The translations under genes were made by a program, and so were the position numbers. Of a DNA stretch of 64,000 nucleotides, positions 14,031 to 27,444 are shown in pieces. Location: the NCBI GenBank assembly GCA_964016885.1, contig OZ024763.1:4340001-4404000 (forward strand), in the 5' to 3' direction. The notes beneath the pieces were generated by a model that saw only the letters and a list, made by a program, of their open reading frames with translations, was not told the DNA's origin and made no database searches. The stretch comes from Eledone cirrhosa. Lineage: Eukaryota. The stretch's first letter is position 1. Each line of letters begins with the position of its first letter.

Positions 14031-14344
14031 TGTTTAACCAATTAATTTAGTTTTATACTAATTATTTTATCACATTGCAGATTTCTGTCTCTCTAACCCC
14101 TGCACCCCCTACACACACATACACACGTGTGTGTGAGCATACGTAACCATCCAGCAACAGTTTGAACATTCTCTCTTTCACACATATACATACACTCTCT
14201 TGTATATTCATGCAGACTCGCGCGCACACACACACACACACACACTAGCAGGTGTATGCATGCACATACAAAGATAACACCAGTTTGAAGAAACACACAT
14301 TCCTCCAGCAACAACAGTTTGAACACACACACAAACCCACACAC

Positions 14345-17300
14345 ACACACATACAAGAACAGTAACTAACTCTCACACACATACAAGGACAGTCAGCCAC
14401 TCTCACACACACATACAAGAACAGTCAGCCACTCTCACACACACATACAAGAACAGTCAGCCACTCTCACACACACATACAAGGACAGTCAGCCACTCTC
14501 ACACACACATACAAGAACAGTCAGCCACTCTCACACACATACAAGAACAGTCAGCCACTCTCACACACACACATACAAGGACAGTCAGCCACTCTCACAC
14601 ACACACATACAAGGACAGTCAGCCACTCTCACACACACACATACAAGGACAGTCAGCCACTCTCACACACACACATACAAGGACAGTCAGCCACTCTCAC
14701 ACACACACATACAAGGACAGTCAGCCACTCTCACACACACACATACAAGGACAGTCAGCCACTCTCACACACACACATACAAGGACAGTCAGCCACTCTC
14801 ACACACACATACAAGAACAGTCAGCCACTCTCACACACACACATACAAGAACAGTCAGCCACTCTCACACACATACAAGAACAGTCAGCCACTCTCACAC
14901 ACACACATACAAGGACAGTCAGCCACTCTCACACACACATACAAGAACAGTCAGCCACTCTCACACACACATACAAGGACAGTCAGCCACTCTCACACAC
15001 ACATACAAGGACAGTCAGCCACTCTCACACACACATACAAGGACAGTCAGCCACTCTCACACACACATACAAGGACAGTCAGCCACTCTCACACACACAT
15101 ACAAGGACAGTCAGCCACTCTCACACACACACATACAAGGACAGTCAGCCACTCTCACACACACATACAAGGACAGTCAGCCACTCTCACACACACATAC
15201 AAGGACAGTCAGCCACTCTCACACACACATACAAGGACAGTCAGCCACTCTCACACACACATACAAGGACAGTCAGCCACTCTCACACATACATACAAGG
15301 ACAGTCAGCCACTCTCACACACACATACAAGGACAGTCAGCCACTCTCACACACACATACAAGGACAGTCAGCCACTCTCACACACACATACAAGGACAG
15401 TCAGCCACTCTCACACACACACACATACAAGAACAGTCAGCCACTCTCACACACACACACATACAAGGACAGTCAGCCACTCTCACACACACATACAAGG
15501 ACAGTCAGCCACTCTCACACACACATACAAGGACAGTCAGCCACTCTCACACACACACATACAAGGACAGTCAGCCACTCTCACACACACATACAAGGAC
15601 AGTCAGCCACTCTCACACACACACATACAAGGACAGTCAGCCACTCTCACACACACATACAAGGACAGTCAGCCACTCTCACACACACATACAAGAACAG
15701 TCAGCCACTCTCACACATACATACAAGGACAGTCAGCCACTCTCACACACACATACAAGAACAGTCAGCCACTCTCACACACACACATACAAGAACAGTC
15801 AGCCACTCTCACACACACACATACAAGAACAGTCAGCCACTCTCACACACACACATACAAGAACAGTCAGCCACTCTCACACATACATACAAGGACAGTC
15901 AGCCACTCTCACACACACACATACAAGAACAGTCAGCCACTCTCACACACATACAAGGACAGTCAGCCACTCACACACACACATACAAGGACAGTCAGCC
16001 ACTCTCACACACACATACAAGGACAGTCAGCCACTCTCACACACACATACAAGGACAGTCAGCCACTCTCACACACACATACAAGGACAGTCAGCCACTC
16101 TCACACACACATACAAGAACAGTCAGCCACTCTCACACACACACATACAAGGACAGTCAGCCACTCTCACACACACATACAAGGACAGTCAGCCACTCTC
16201 ACACACACACATACAAGAACAGTCAGCCACTCTCACACACACACATACAAGAACAGTCAGCCACTCTCACACACACACATACAAGAACAGTCAGCCACTC
16301 TCACACACACACATACAAGAACAGTCAGCCACTCTCACACATACATACAAGGACAGTCAGCCACTCTCACACACACACATACAAGAACAGTCAGCCACTC
16401 TCACACACATACAAGGACAGTCAGCCACTCACACACACACATACAAGGACAGTCAGCCACTCTCACACACACATACAAGGACAGTCAGCCACTCTCACAC
16501 ACACATACAAGGACAGTCAGCCACTCTCACACACACATACAAGGACAGTCAGCCACTCTCACACACACATACAAGGACAGTCAGCCACTCTCACACACAC
16601 ATACAAGAACAGTCAGCCACTCTCACACACACATACAAGAACAGTCAGCCACTCTCACACACACATACAAGAACAGTCAGCCACTCTCACACACACACAT
16701 ACAAGGACAGTCAGCCACTCTCACACACACACATACAAGAACAGTCAGCCACTCTCACACACACATACAAGAACAGTCAGCCACTCTCACACACACACAT
16801 ACAAGGACAGTCAGCCACTCTCACACACACACATACAAGAACAGTCAGCCACTCTCACACACACACATACAAGAACAGTCAGCCACTCTCACACACACAC
16901 ATACAAGAACAGTCGGCCACTCTCACACATACATACAAGGACAGTCAGCCACTCTCACACACACACATACAAGAACAGTCAGCCACTCTCACACGCACAT
17001 ACAAGAACAGTCAGCCACTCTCACACATACATACAAGGACAGTCAACCACTCTCACACGCACATACAAGAACAGTCAGCCACTCTCACACGCACATACAA
17101 GAACAGTCAGCCACTCTCACACATACATACAAGAACAGTCAGCCACTCTCACACACATACAAGAACAGTCAGCCACTCTCACACACATACAAGGACAGTC
17201 AGCCACTCTCACACACACATACAAGGACAGTCAGCCACTCTCACACACATACAAGGACAGTCAGCCACTCTCACACACACATACAAGGACAGTCAGCCAC

Positions 17301-20300
17301 TCTCACACACACATACAAGGACAGTCAGCCACTCTCACACACACATACAAGGACAGTCAGCCACTCTCACACACACATACAAGGACAGTCAGCCACTCTC
17401 ACACACACATACAAGAACAGTCAGCCACTCTCACACACACACATACAAGAACAGTCAGCCACTCTCACACAAGAACAGTCAGCCACTCTCACACATACAT
17501 ACAAGGACAGTCAGCCACTCTCTCACACGCACATACAAGAACAGTCAGCCACTCTCACACGCACATACAAGAACAGTCAGCCACTCTCACACATACATAC
17601 AAGGACAGTCAGCCACTCTCACACACACACATACAAGAACAGTCAGCCACTCTCACACACATACAAGGACAGTCAGCCACTCTCACACACATACAAGGAC
17701 AGTCAGCCACTCACACACACACATACAAGGACAGTCAGCCACTCTCACACACACATACAAGGACAGTCAGCCACTCTCACACACACACATACAAGGACAG
17801 TCAGCCACTCTCACACACACATACAAGGACAGTCAGCCACTCTCACACACACATACAAGGACAGTCAGCCACTCTCACACACATATACACGGACAGTCAG
17901 CCACTCACACACACACATACAAGAACAGTCAGCCACTCTCACACACACACATACAAGGACAGTCAGCCACTCTCACACACACATACAAGAACAGTCAGCC
18001 ACTCTCACACACACATACAAGGACAGTCAGCCACTCTCACACACACATACAAGGACAGTCAGCCACTCTCACACACACATACAAGGACAGTCAGCCACTC
18101 TCACACACACATACAAGGACAGTCAGCCACTCTCACACACACACATACAAGGACAGTCAGCCACTCTCACACACACATACAAGGACAGTCAGCCACTCTC
18201 ACACACACATACAAGGACAGTCAGCCACTCTCACACACACATACAAGGACAGTCAGCCACTCTCACACACACATACAAGGACAGTCAGCCACTCTCACAC
18301 ACACATACAAGGACAGTCAGCCACTCTCACACACACATACAAGGACAGTCAGCCACTCTCACACACACACACATACAAGGACAGTCAGCCACTCTCACAC
18401 ACACACACATACAAGAACAGTCAGCCACTCTCACACACACACACATACAAGGACAGTCAGCCACTCTCACACACACACACATACAAGGACAGTCAGCCAC
18501 TCTCACACACACACATACAAGGACAGTCAGCCACTCTCACACACACACATACAAGGACAGTCAGCCACTCTCACACACACACATACAAGGACAGTCAGCC
18601 ACTCTCACACACACATACAAGGACAGTCAGCCACTCTCACACACACACACATACAAGGACAGTCAGCCACTCTCACACACACATACAAGGACAGTCAGCC
18701 ACTCTCACACACACACACATACAAGGACAGTCAGCCACTCTCACACACACACATACAAGGACAGTCAGCCACTCTCACACACACACATACAAGGACAGTC
18801 AGCCACTCTCACACACACATACAAGGACAGTCAGCCACTCTCACACACACATACAAGAACAGTCAGCCACTCTCACACACACACATACAAGGACAGTCAG
18901 CCACTCTCACACACACATACAAGGACAGTCAGCCACTCTCACACACACATACAAGGACAGTTAGCCACTCTCACACACACACATACAAGGACAGTCAGCC
19001 ACTCTCACACACACACATACAAGGACAGTCAGCCACTCTCACACACACATACAAGGACAGTCAGCCACTCTCACACACACATACAAGGACAGTCAGCCAC
19101 TCTCACACACACACATACAAGGACAGTCAGCCACTCTCACACACACACATACAAGAACAGTCAGCCGCTCTCACACACACATACAAGAACAGTCAGCCTC
19201 TCTCACACACACATACAAGAACAGTCAGCCACTCTCACACACACATACGAGAACAGTCAGCCACTCTCACACACACATACAAGAACAGTCAGCCACTCTC
19301 ACACACACATACGAGAACAGTCAGCCACTCTCACACACACATACAAGAACAGTCAGCCACTCTCACACACACATACGAGAACAGTCAGCCACTCTCACAC
19401 ACACATACGAGAACAGTCAGCCACTCTCACACACACATACAAGAACAGTCAGCCACTCTCACACACACACATACAAGGACAGTCAGCCACTCTCACACAC
19501 ACATACAAGAACAGTCAGCCACTCTCACACACACATACAAGAACAGTCAGCCACTCTCACACACACATACGAGAACAGTCAGCCACTCTCACACACACAT
19601 ACGAGAACAGTCAGCCACTCTCACACACACATACAAGAACAGTCAGCCACTCTCACACACACATACGAGAACAGTCAGCCACTCTCACACACACATACGA
19701 GAACAGTCAGCCACTCTCACACATACATACGAGAACAGTCAGCCACTCTCACACACATACAAGAACAGTCAGCCACTCTCACACACATACAAGAACAGTC
19801 AGCCACTCTCACACACACATACAAGAACAGTCAGCCACTCTCACACACACATACAAGAACAGTCAGCCACTCTCTCACACACACATACAAGAACAGTCAG
19901 CCACTCTCTCACACACACATACAAGAACAGTCAGCCACTCTCACACACACATACGAGAACAGTCAGCCACTCTCACACACACATACGAGAACAGTCAGCC
20001 ACTCTCACACACACATACAAGAACAGTCAGCCACTCTCACACACACATACGAGAACAGTCAGCCACTCTCACACACACATACGAGAACAGTCAGCCACTC
20101 TCACACATACATACGAGAACAGTCAGCCACTCTCACACACATACAAGAACAGTCAGCCACTCTCACACACATACAAGAACAGTCAGCCACTCTCACACAC
20201 ACATACAAGAACAGTCAGCCACTCTCACACACACATACGAGAACAGTCAGCCACTCTCACACACACATACAAGAACAGTCAGCCACTCTCACACACACAT

Positions 20301-21265
20301 ACGAGAACAGTCAGCCACTCTCACACACACATACAAGAACAGTCAGCCACTCTCACACACACACACATACAAGGACAGTCAGCCACTCTCACACACACAT
20401 ACAAGGACAGTCAGCCACTCTCACACACACACATACAAGGACAGTCAGCCACTCTCACACACACATACAAGGACAGTCAGCCACTCTCACACACACACAC
20501 ATACAAGGACAGTCAGCCACTCTCACACACACACACATACAAGGACAGTCAGCCACTCTCACACACACATACAAGAACAGTCAGCCACTCTCTCACACAC
20601 ACATACAAGGACAGTCAGCCACTCTCACACACACATACAAGGACAGTCAGCCACTCTCACACACACACATACAAGGACAGTCAGCCACTCTCTCACACAC
20701 ACATACAAGAACAGTCAGCCACTCTCTCACACACACATACAAGGGCAGTCAGCCACCCTCTCACACACACATACAAGAACAGTCAGCCACTCTCTCACAC
20801 ACACATACAAGGGCAGTCAGCCACTCTCACACACACACATACAAGAACAGTCAGCCACTCTCTCACACACACATACAAGAACAGTTAGCCACTCTCTCAC
20901 ACACACATACAAGGGCAGTCAGCCACTCTCACACACACATACAAGAACAGTCAGCCACTCTCACACACACATACAAGAACAGTCAGCCACTCTCACACAC
21001 ACATACAAGAACAGTCAGCCACTCTCACACACACATACAAGAACAGTCAGCCACTCTCTCACACACACACATACAAGAACAGTCAGCCACTCTCTCACAC
21101 ACACATACAAGGACAGTCAGCCACTCTCACACACACATACAAGGACAGTCAGCCACTCTCACACACACACATACAAGGACAGTCAGCCACTCTCACACAC
21201 ACATACAAGGGCAGTCAGCCACTCTCACACACACATACAAGGGCAGTCAGCCACTCACACATACA
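14345..21265. repeat. 6.9-kb minisatellite, ~30-36 bp unit atacaag(g/a)acagtcagccactctc(ac)n, roughly 210 copies
   Basis: Directly visible. Unit length varies through the embedded (AC)n; it ends ~170 bp upstream of the first visible aPKC exon. Confidence 0.98.
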
Positions 21266-21438
21266 CACACTTGGACACACAGAATCATTCACAAGCCCAC
21301 AATAATAGAGACAACCACCAGAACCAACCAACAAGAGTTCCATCCCGCTGTACCAACCACAGTAATGGTTAAATACCCAGGGTAAGATCTGCCTTAGGTA
21401 ACTTCTAAACCAATTCCATCTCTTCTCTCTCTTTACAG

Positions 21439-21518
21439 TGATCTTAGAGAAACCTATTCGAATTCCACGTTCTGTTTCTGTAAAAGCTGCGTCAGTTTTG
21501 AAAGGATTTTTAAACAAA
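21439..21518 (+). CDS. aPKC: Atypical protein kinase C (iota/zeta-like) internal exon, kinase C-lobe: (V)[26 protein letters not shown]
   Basis: Polypyrimidine tract plus tttacag acceptor; donor AAA|gtacgt; 80 nt, phase 1 to phase 0. Translation closely matches the recalled PRKCI segment [27 protein letters not shown]. Confidence 0.95.
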
Positions 21519-21578
21519 GTACGTTGAATTTATTTCTTCATTATTTTTTTATCATTTGTTTTTATATTGTTTTATTTT

Positions 21579-21840
21579 GGCCATGCTGGGGCACCACATT
21601 CTTTTATACATTTACTGGTTTCAATCAGTAGGCTTTGGCCATGCTGGAGCACCACATTCTTTTATACATTTACTGGTTTCAATCAGTAGGCTTTGGCCAT
21701 GCTGGGGCACCACATTCTTTTATACATTTACTGGTTTCAATCAGTAGGCTTTGGCCATGCTGGGGCACCACATTCTTTTATACATTTACTGGTTTCAATC
21801 AGTAGGCTTTGGCCATGCTGGAGCACCACATTCTTTTACT
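21579..21840. repeat. 58-bp tandem repeat, ~4.5 copies, at the start of an aPKC intron
   Basis: ggccatgctgg recurs at 21579, 21637, 21695, 21753 and 21811. A related single motif ggctatgctggggcaccac lies at ~31872. Confidence 0.9.
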
Positions 21841-22104
21841 CCTTTCCTGGTTTCAATCATTTGTCAACCCGAGGCTATAGTAGAAGACATTTGCCCTAGG
21901 TGCTGCGCATAGAGATTGAACCCATTTAATTTGTGTAAAAACAAATTAGCAATACAATAAAAACAACAATTCTTGAATAGGAACCCCACACATTCTAAAT
22001 CACCCTCATCTCCATGAGCACCTTTAATCTCCTTTAATCCCCCCAGCCTACAGCCACATGGTCAGATTAGGCCCACTCATATGGGCCATCCTTGCAACAA
22101 TCAC

Positions 22105-22690
22105 CTACCTTTTCACTAATGTACTGGGGTGGGAGAGCATTTCTCTCTCCACCCTCACCTCCCTTTCCAAGTGGAACTTGAAAAGTTGATGAGGGATTGG
22201 CTGAAGAGAAAAGTGTCTGTCTTCAGTCCTTTCAACCTGGTCCACCATACAATCTCTTTCACTATTGCCACCAGAGTAAAACTGCCTGCCCTTCCCGGCC
22301 AAAAGAAAGCGGTGGGGCGATCTTCACTCTGGACTCGGTCGACAGCTGAATCTATCCTACATGTGACAACAGCTGTTCAACATAACTCCACACGTCAGTA
22401 ATGCACGGACACTAGATGAGTGCGTGCAGAATGGTTTCGTGCTCTGTGCGCATCTCGGACAGGTCTGTAGAATTTATCTTGAACCAACAGTGCCCCCCGG
22501 TAGTACTGCCAAGTGAGGTCCCTGGCTCGAAAGTCCTACAGAACACATTGGTCAGTTTGACTTGGTCAATGCTCAGAGCCTCTCTCAGTGTATTGTCGCA
22601 CTTGCCCACCACTAATCCTCTAGAGAACTTAAGGATTTGGTGGAGGAGGCACAAACTTGCGCAATCCCAACCATATCCATACACAACTTT
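22105..22690 (-). mobile_element. Decayed L1/Tx1-type LINE ORF2 C-terminal fragment (CCHC zinc-knuckle region)
   Basis: Across frameshifts the minus strand reads RDLTWQYYRGALLVQDKFYR / TCPRC / EHETILHALI*CPCITDVWSYVEQLL / VAIVKEIVWWTRLK, the C..C....ET..H....C....W pattern of L1/Tx1 ORF2. Confidence 0.75.
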
Positions 22691-22714
22691 TTCTTCTTTT
22701 TCCTTCTCCTCCTT

Positions 22715-23250
22715 ATTCCTCAAACACTCCCTCCAGTAAGTCCTATCCAAAGCAACCACATCCAACTGATCCGGCTGGATCCCCAAACGAGACCAGCCAA
22801 GCTCATGAATGTAATCCAACCATCTTGCTCAGGGTCTACCCCAGGGTCTCCTACCTTGGTTTTACCTGTAGAATCTGTCCAGCAATTCTTTCCTGAGACA
22901 TTCTAACCACATGTCCATAGTATCAGAGCTGTGATCTCTCAATTCAGAGAAGTAGCAGCTCTACCTGGAGTGACACTCTAATCTCCGAGCTACACACTTT
23001 ATCGAGTAACATTACTCCAAAGACCTGAGTTCAAATCCTGCCGAGGTTGACTTTGCCTTTCATCCTTACGTGGTCGATAAAATAAAGTACCAGTAATGCA
23101 CTGGGTAATTGCTGGCCTTGTGCCTAAAGTAGAAACAATTACTCCAAAGACCATTCTGAGGAACTCCATTTTGGCCACTTGTATTCGCGATCATATTCTT
23201 TTGGTCATTACCCAAGATTGTTGACCATAGGTAAGGGTTGGCATGGGCAG
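22715..23250 (-). mobile_element. Decayed RTE-clade (Expander/Rex3-like) LINE 3' fragment interrupted by a SINE
   Basis: Minus strand reads PTLTYGQQSWVMTKRI*SRIQVAKMEFLRMVFGV-MLLDKVCSSEIRVSLQVELLLL*IERSQL*YYGHVVRMSQER...WMDYIHELGW...DRTYWR; in-frame stops present. Confidence 0.88.
23026..23137 (+). mobile_element. 5'-truncated SINE family 1 insertion with a 15-bp TSD
   Basis: attactccaaagacc at 23011-23025 and 23138-23152; removing the insert restores the RTE reading frame. Confidence 0.9.
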
Positions 23251-23729
23251 TGGTGGTGGCAGATTGAAAATGAAGACGGTCAAGGAAAACTTTGACTGTT
23301 GTAATCAAGGAATTATTAGATTAACCCTTTAGCATTTACAAGCAGGGAAAAGCGGACATAAAATGATGAATGAATGAATCAATGTTTATTGTTTTAATTA
23401 TAATATGTAAAGTGGCCATATAGGTGTCACAACAAAAAGCCCCCAGCCCACACTGTGTAGGTGTCACTACAAAAAGCACCCAGCACACACTGTAAAGTGG
23501 TTGCATAGGAGACATGACAAAAAGCACCCAGCACACACTGTAAAGTGGTTGTGTAGGAGACATGGTAAAAAGCACCCAGCACACACTGTAAATGTGGTTG
23601 GTGTTAGGAAGGGCATCCAGCTGTAGAAATGTAGCTAGAAACAGTTCTATATGAGCAAGACATGGTCACTCAACCCAACTTGCCTCTAATTGGACAAACT
23701 CATCTAGTTTATGAGAGTTTATGATCATA

Positions 23730-23915
23730 GATTAAAAGAAATGTTTTTTTATTTTAATTAAAAGAAATGTTTTTTTATTTTAATTAAAAGAAATGTTTTT
23801 TTATTTTAATTAAAAGAAATGTGTTTTTATTTTAATTAAAAGAAATGTTTTTTTATTTTAATTAAAAGAAATGTTTTTTATTTAAAATAAAAAGAAATAT
23901 TTTTTATTTAAATTA
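23730..23915. repeat. ~27-bp AT-rich tandem repeat just upstream of the aPKC acceptor
   Basis: attaaaagaaatgtttttttattttaa, about 6-7 copies. Confidence 0.85.
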
Positions 23916-23943
23916 ACATGTGTGTGCATCTGTTTCATTTCAG

Positions 23944-24149
23944 AATCCGAAAGAGAGGTTGGGCTGTGTACCAAATGTGGGATTTGAAGACATTCGGTCA
24001 CATGCTTTCTTCCGTCAAATAGACTGGGAACTGCTAGAACAGAAACAGATAACACCCCCTTATAAACCAGAGCTGCAGTCTGACCGCGACCTGAGGCGTT
24101 TCGATGAAATGTTTACCAAGGAACCTGTTCAACTAACTCCAGATGATTC
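23944..24149 (+). CDS. aPKC: aPKC penultimate exon: NPKERLGCVPNVGFEDIRSHAFFRQIDWELLEQKQITPPYKPELQSDRDLRRFDEMFTKEPVQLTPDD(S)
   Basis: tttcag acceptor in frame with the previous exon; donor TC|gtacgt (phase 2). Contains AGC-kinase C-tail motifs PPYKP, FD..FT and the aPKC turn motif VQLTPDD. Confidence 0.96.
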
Positions 24150-24868
24150 GTACGTAAACATTTTTTTAAAGATGTTGTGGTTGTGTCCTCCTTTGATTGT
24201 GGTTAGAAGGTTAGGCTTATGATTATAAGGTTATGGGTTTGATTCCTAGACTAGGTGGCATGTCGTGTCCTTGAGCAAGACACTTCATTTCATATTGCTC
24301 TGAGTGACATGACAAAAAGCTCCCAAGTCCACACTGTAAAGTGGTTGGTGTTAGGAAGGGCATCCAGCCGTAGAAAACCTGCCAGGGACAGTTCTGAACG
24401 AGCGAGATATGGTCTCCCAAACAATCTCGCCTCAAGTGGAACAAAACTGTCCAACCCATGCTAGCGTGGAAGGTCGACATTAAATGATGATGATATGAAA
24501 GTGAAATGTTCGTTTAGAAATCTGTGCAATGTAAGTGGGTTAGATTACCATGGTAATAAGTCAGAAGGGAATTGAGAAAGAAAGGAAGATTTACTGAGTT
24601 ACCAACCATAGCAACTTAATATTTCAAAAATCTTTCGGATTAATGATCCATAATTATGAGGGGGGGGGGGGTACTCTTTAGGGGATCTTCACAGAAAAAC
24701 CTAAGATATTTCTTCCCGGTTGTCATTTATTTTGTTTTATTTTTATTATATACACACACACATATATACATATATATGTATGTATATTTGAGAGTGTGTG
24801 TATGTATGTGTATGTGTATGTATGTGTATCTCCTAAAGATTATTTTCCTTTTCTTTTTCTTTTCACAG

Positions 24869-24956
24869 AAACATCATTGACAAAATCGACCAAACTGAAT
24901 TTGACGGCTTTGAATATGTAAACCCTTTGTTGATGTCAATGGATGACCCTGTCTGA
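24869..24956 (+). CDS. aPKC: aPKC last coding exon: (S)NIIDKIDQTEFDGFEYVNPLLMSMDDPV*
   Basis: Long T/C tract plus cacag acceptor; phase matches (TC+A=Ser). Hydrophobic motif FDGFEYV has Glu in place of phospho-Ser/Thr, diagnostic of atypical PKCs. Ends in a PDZ-ligand-like DDPV then TGA. Confidence 0.96.
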
Positions 24957-24994
24957 GGAGGATCCCTTTCCGCCATTGACAGTGGTGCCATAGT

Positions 24995-25380
24995 GCCCTC
25001 CACACTCTCTTTCTATCTCCACTTCTCTTTACTACATTATTACCCTCCAGTTCCACTCCACTTCCTCTCCAGTTCAACTACACTCCAGTTCTACTCCATT
25101 TTTCTCTACTCTCTACTCCACTCCACTCCACTCCACTTTCACTCCAGTTCAACTACACTCCAGTTCTACTTCATTTTTCTCTACTCCACTTCCACTCCAG
25201 TTCAACTACACTCCAGTTCTACTCCACTACACTCCAGTTCTACTCCATTTACCTCCACTCTCTACTCCAGTTCCACTCCACTCTCTACTCCAGTTCCACT
25301 CCACTCCAGTTCCACTCCACTCCAGTTCCACTCCACTCATGCCCCAATCCCACTCCACTCATGCCCCAATCCCACTCTAC
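24995..25380 (+). repeat. (CTCCA)n-type low-complexity repeat in the presumptive aPKC 3' UTR
   Basis: Runs of ccactccagttccactcca begin ~40 nt after the stop codon. Confidence 0.85.
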
Positions 25381-25549
25381 TCAGTGACATAATCTCCAAC
25401 ATAATCCCATCTAAATCTTTGCCACCTTTCCTTCCTTCAGCTCTTCCTTGTTTTCCTCCTCCCCTCATCCAGCGTATTTTTCTTTTCCTTCCTATATCAT
25501 TTGAATTTAATAATTTTGACATTAATCATGACATGACATTATGATATAA

Positions 25550-25585
<36 letters not shown>

Positions 25586-25586
25586 T

Positions 25587-25642
<56 letters not shown>

Positions 25643-25645
<3 letters not shown>

Positions 25646-25963
25646 TGTGGTCTCCCGGTTTTCGTGCGGGGTTATGTTACTAAAGCACCAGTAAAGAGTG
25701 AAAACCCACAAATATTGGACGTGGTCCATAAAAATGCCTATAAAAGTCAAAACCTAACATAAAATAAAGGCTGGTAAATATGATATATTGTTATTAATAA
25801 TTTAGCATTAAAAAATGTGGAAAAATATATATTGCCACGAAGAAAGCCATTAAAAAAAAAAATGCGGTGGTTTCCACGAATTATTATTAGTTAGGTTCTG
25901 AGGAACATTCCACAAATAACTGGGGCCATGAGTGCCAAGACCGCAAATGCCGGGGGTACACTG
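25643..25963. mobile_element. Tigger/pogo-like MITE in (TA)n
   Basis: Imperfect TIRs cagtgtggtctcccggttttcgtgcgg ... ccgcaaatgccggggtacactg-TA. Confidence 0.5.
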
Positions 25964-25984
25964 TATATATATATATATATATAT

Positions 25985-26273
25985 CAGGGGCGAAGGGTGC
26001 GTGCATGCAACGCATGCAGTGCATGCCTTATAGAATCTTGAGTTAATCAAATGCGTCGGTTGAAGCAAGCAGAATTTTGGCTAAATCGTAGACACATAAA
26101 AAGGTAACGGACACACACACACACACACACACACACACTGGATAACACTACATGCGGCTTTGACCAGGAGGGGCATTTAGAGGGAATGGGAGGGGGGTAA
26201 GGCTGCACAGCCCCACTTTCCGCCATGGCAATTGGACTGCATGCCCTGCTTTCCAGGTTACCCTTCGCCACTG
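25985..26273. mobile_element. hAT-like MITE in (TA)n
   Basis: 14-bp TIRs caggggcgaagggt / acccttcgccactg with one mismatch; CAG(G/T)GGCG termini are typical of hAT elements. Confidence 0.7.
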
Positions 26274-26310
<37 letters not shown>

Positions 26311-26482
26311 ATTCTGGTATAGTATGAGGATAGAGAGGAGAATAAATGTGTTTTTTGGGTGCTGATGTTATGGAGTTCCCTAACTGTCATTGATTGGTCG
26401 ACATATCAATAACTTTGTTTTCTGAAATGATTGTAAAACAATGGATTAATGAACTACTTTGCCCTATTTTTCTTATTGTTTC

Positions 26483-26521
<39 letters not shown>

Positions 26522-26622
26522 TCATCATCATCACCGTTTTACGTCCGTTCTTCCATGCTAGCATGGGTTAGACGGGTTGTCCTGTTGTGGGCAGTGTCCG
26601 GTCGGCTGACCATGCCTTGCTC

Positions 26623-26682
<60 letters not shown>

Positions 26683-26785
26683 ACCCCGACGGCTGAGCTC
26701 AAGCCGTTTTGACGGCTAATTCTGTACTATTGAGTACTTTGGTGCGTTATGGTCCACCTGGTTCCTCACCACATTTCCTTCGTTT

Positions 26786-26816
<31 letters not shown>

Positions 26817-26826
26817 TTATATATAC

Positions 26827-26875
<49 letters not shown>

Positions 26876-27444
26876 CATACATATATATGCGTGTGTGTAT
26901 TTATATATTATGTATATATATGATATACACACACACACATATATATATATATATGTGTGTGTGTGTGTACATATATTTATATATGACATGACAACCTATT
27001 CTCACCGTCAATCAGCATTTTTGCCACCACAAGAGAATGTCACACGCACACCTGAATAATAATCAATTAACTCTTGTGACTCCAAGAATCTTAATTTATA
27101 TCTTTCTTTGCATCTCGTTATCAACCAATTAACCTCTGTGATTCCAGCAGTCTCAACATCTATTGAACACTTGATAAAATAAACCAATCAATGTCTTTGG
27201 CGTCTTGTTGTATCTCCCTGGATGAGGAACCCACCCCTGTGACTCTCAGAGTTACACCTCCTATGATAAAAACCTATCAACCAAATCAACCCCCTGTGAA
27301 GACAGAAGTTTTTATTTAGCATCTGTTAAATACACCTGAGATAAACTAACCAACACCTGTGACAACAGGGCCTTAGCACCTGTCATACATATATCTGCAT
27401 ATATAAATATAAACCAACTAACCCCTACCTCTCCATGTAACACC

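Noticed and set aside
14323-21369. A ~7-kb stop-free + strand frame through the minisatellite, with an acceptor-like site at 14080 and a donor-like G|gtaaga at 21381
   Set aside because: The lack of stops follows from T-poor composition. All three frames close at 14320-14369, variable AC counts scramble the peptide, and the frame needed to join exon 21439 has stops at 21303, 21306 and 21363.
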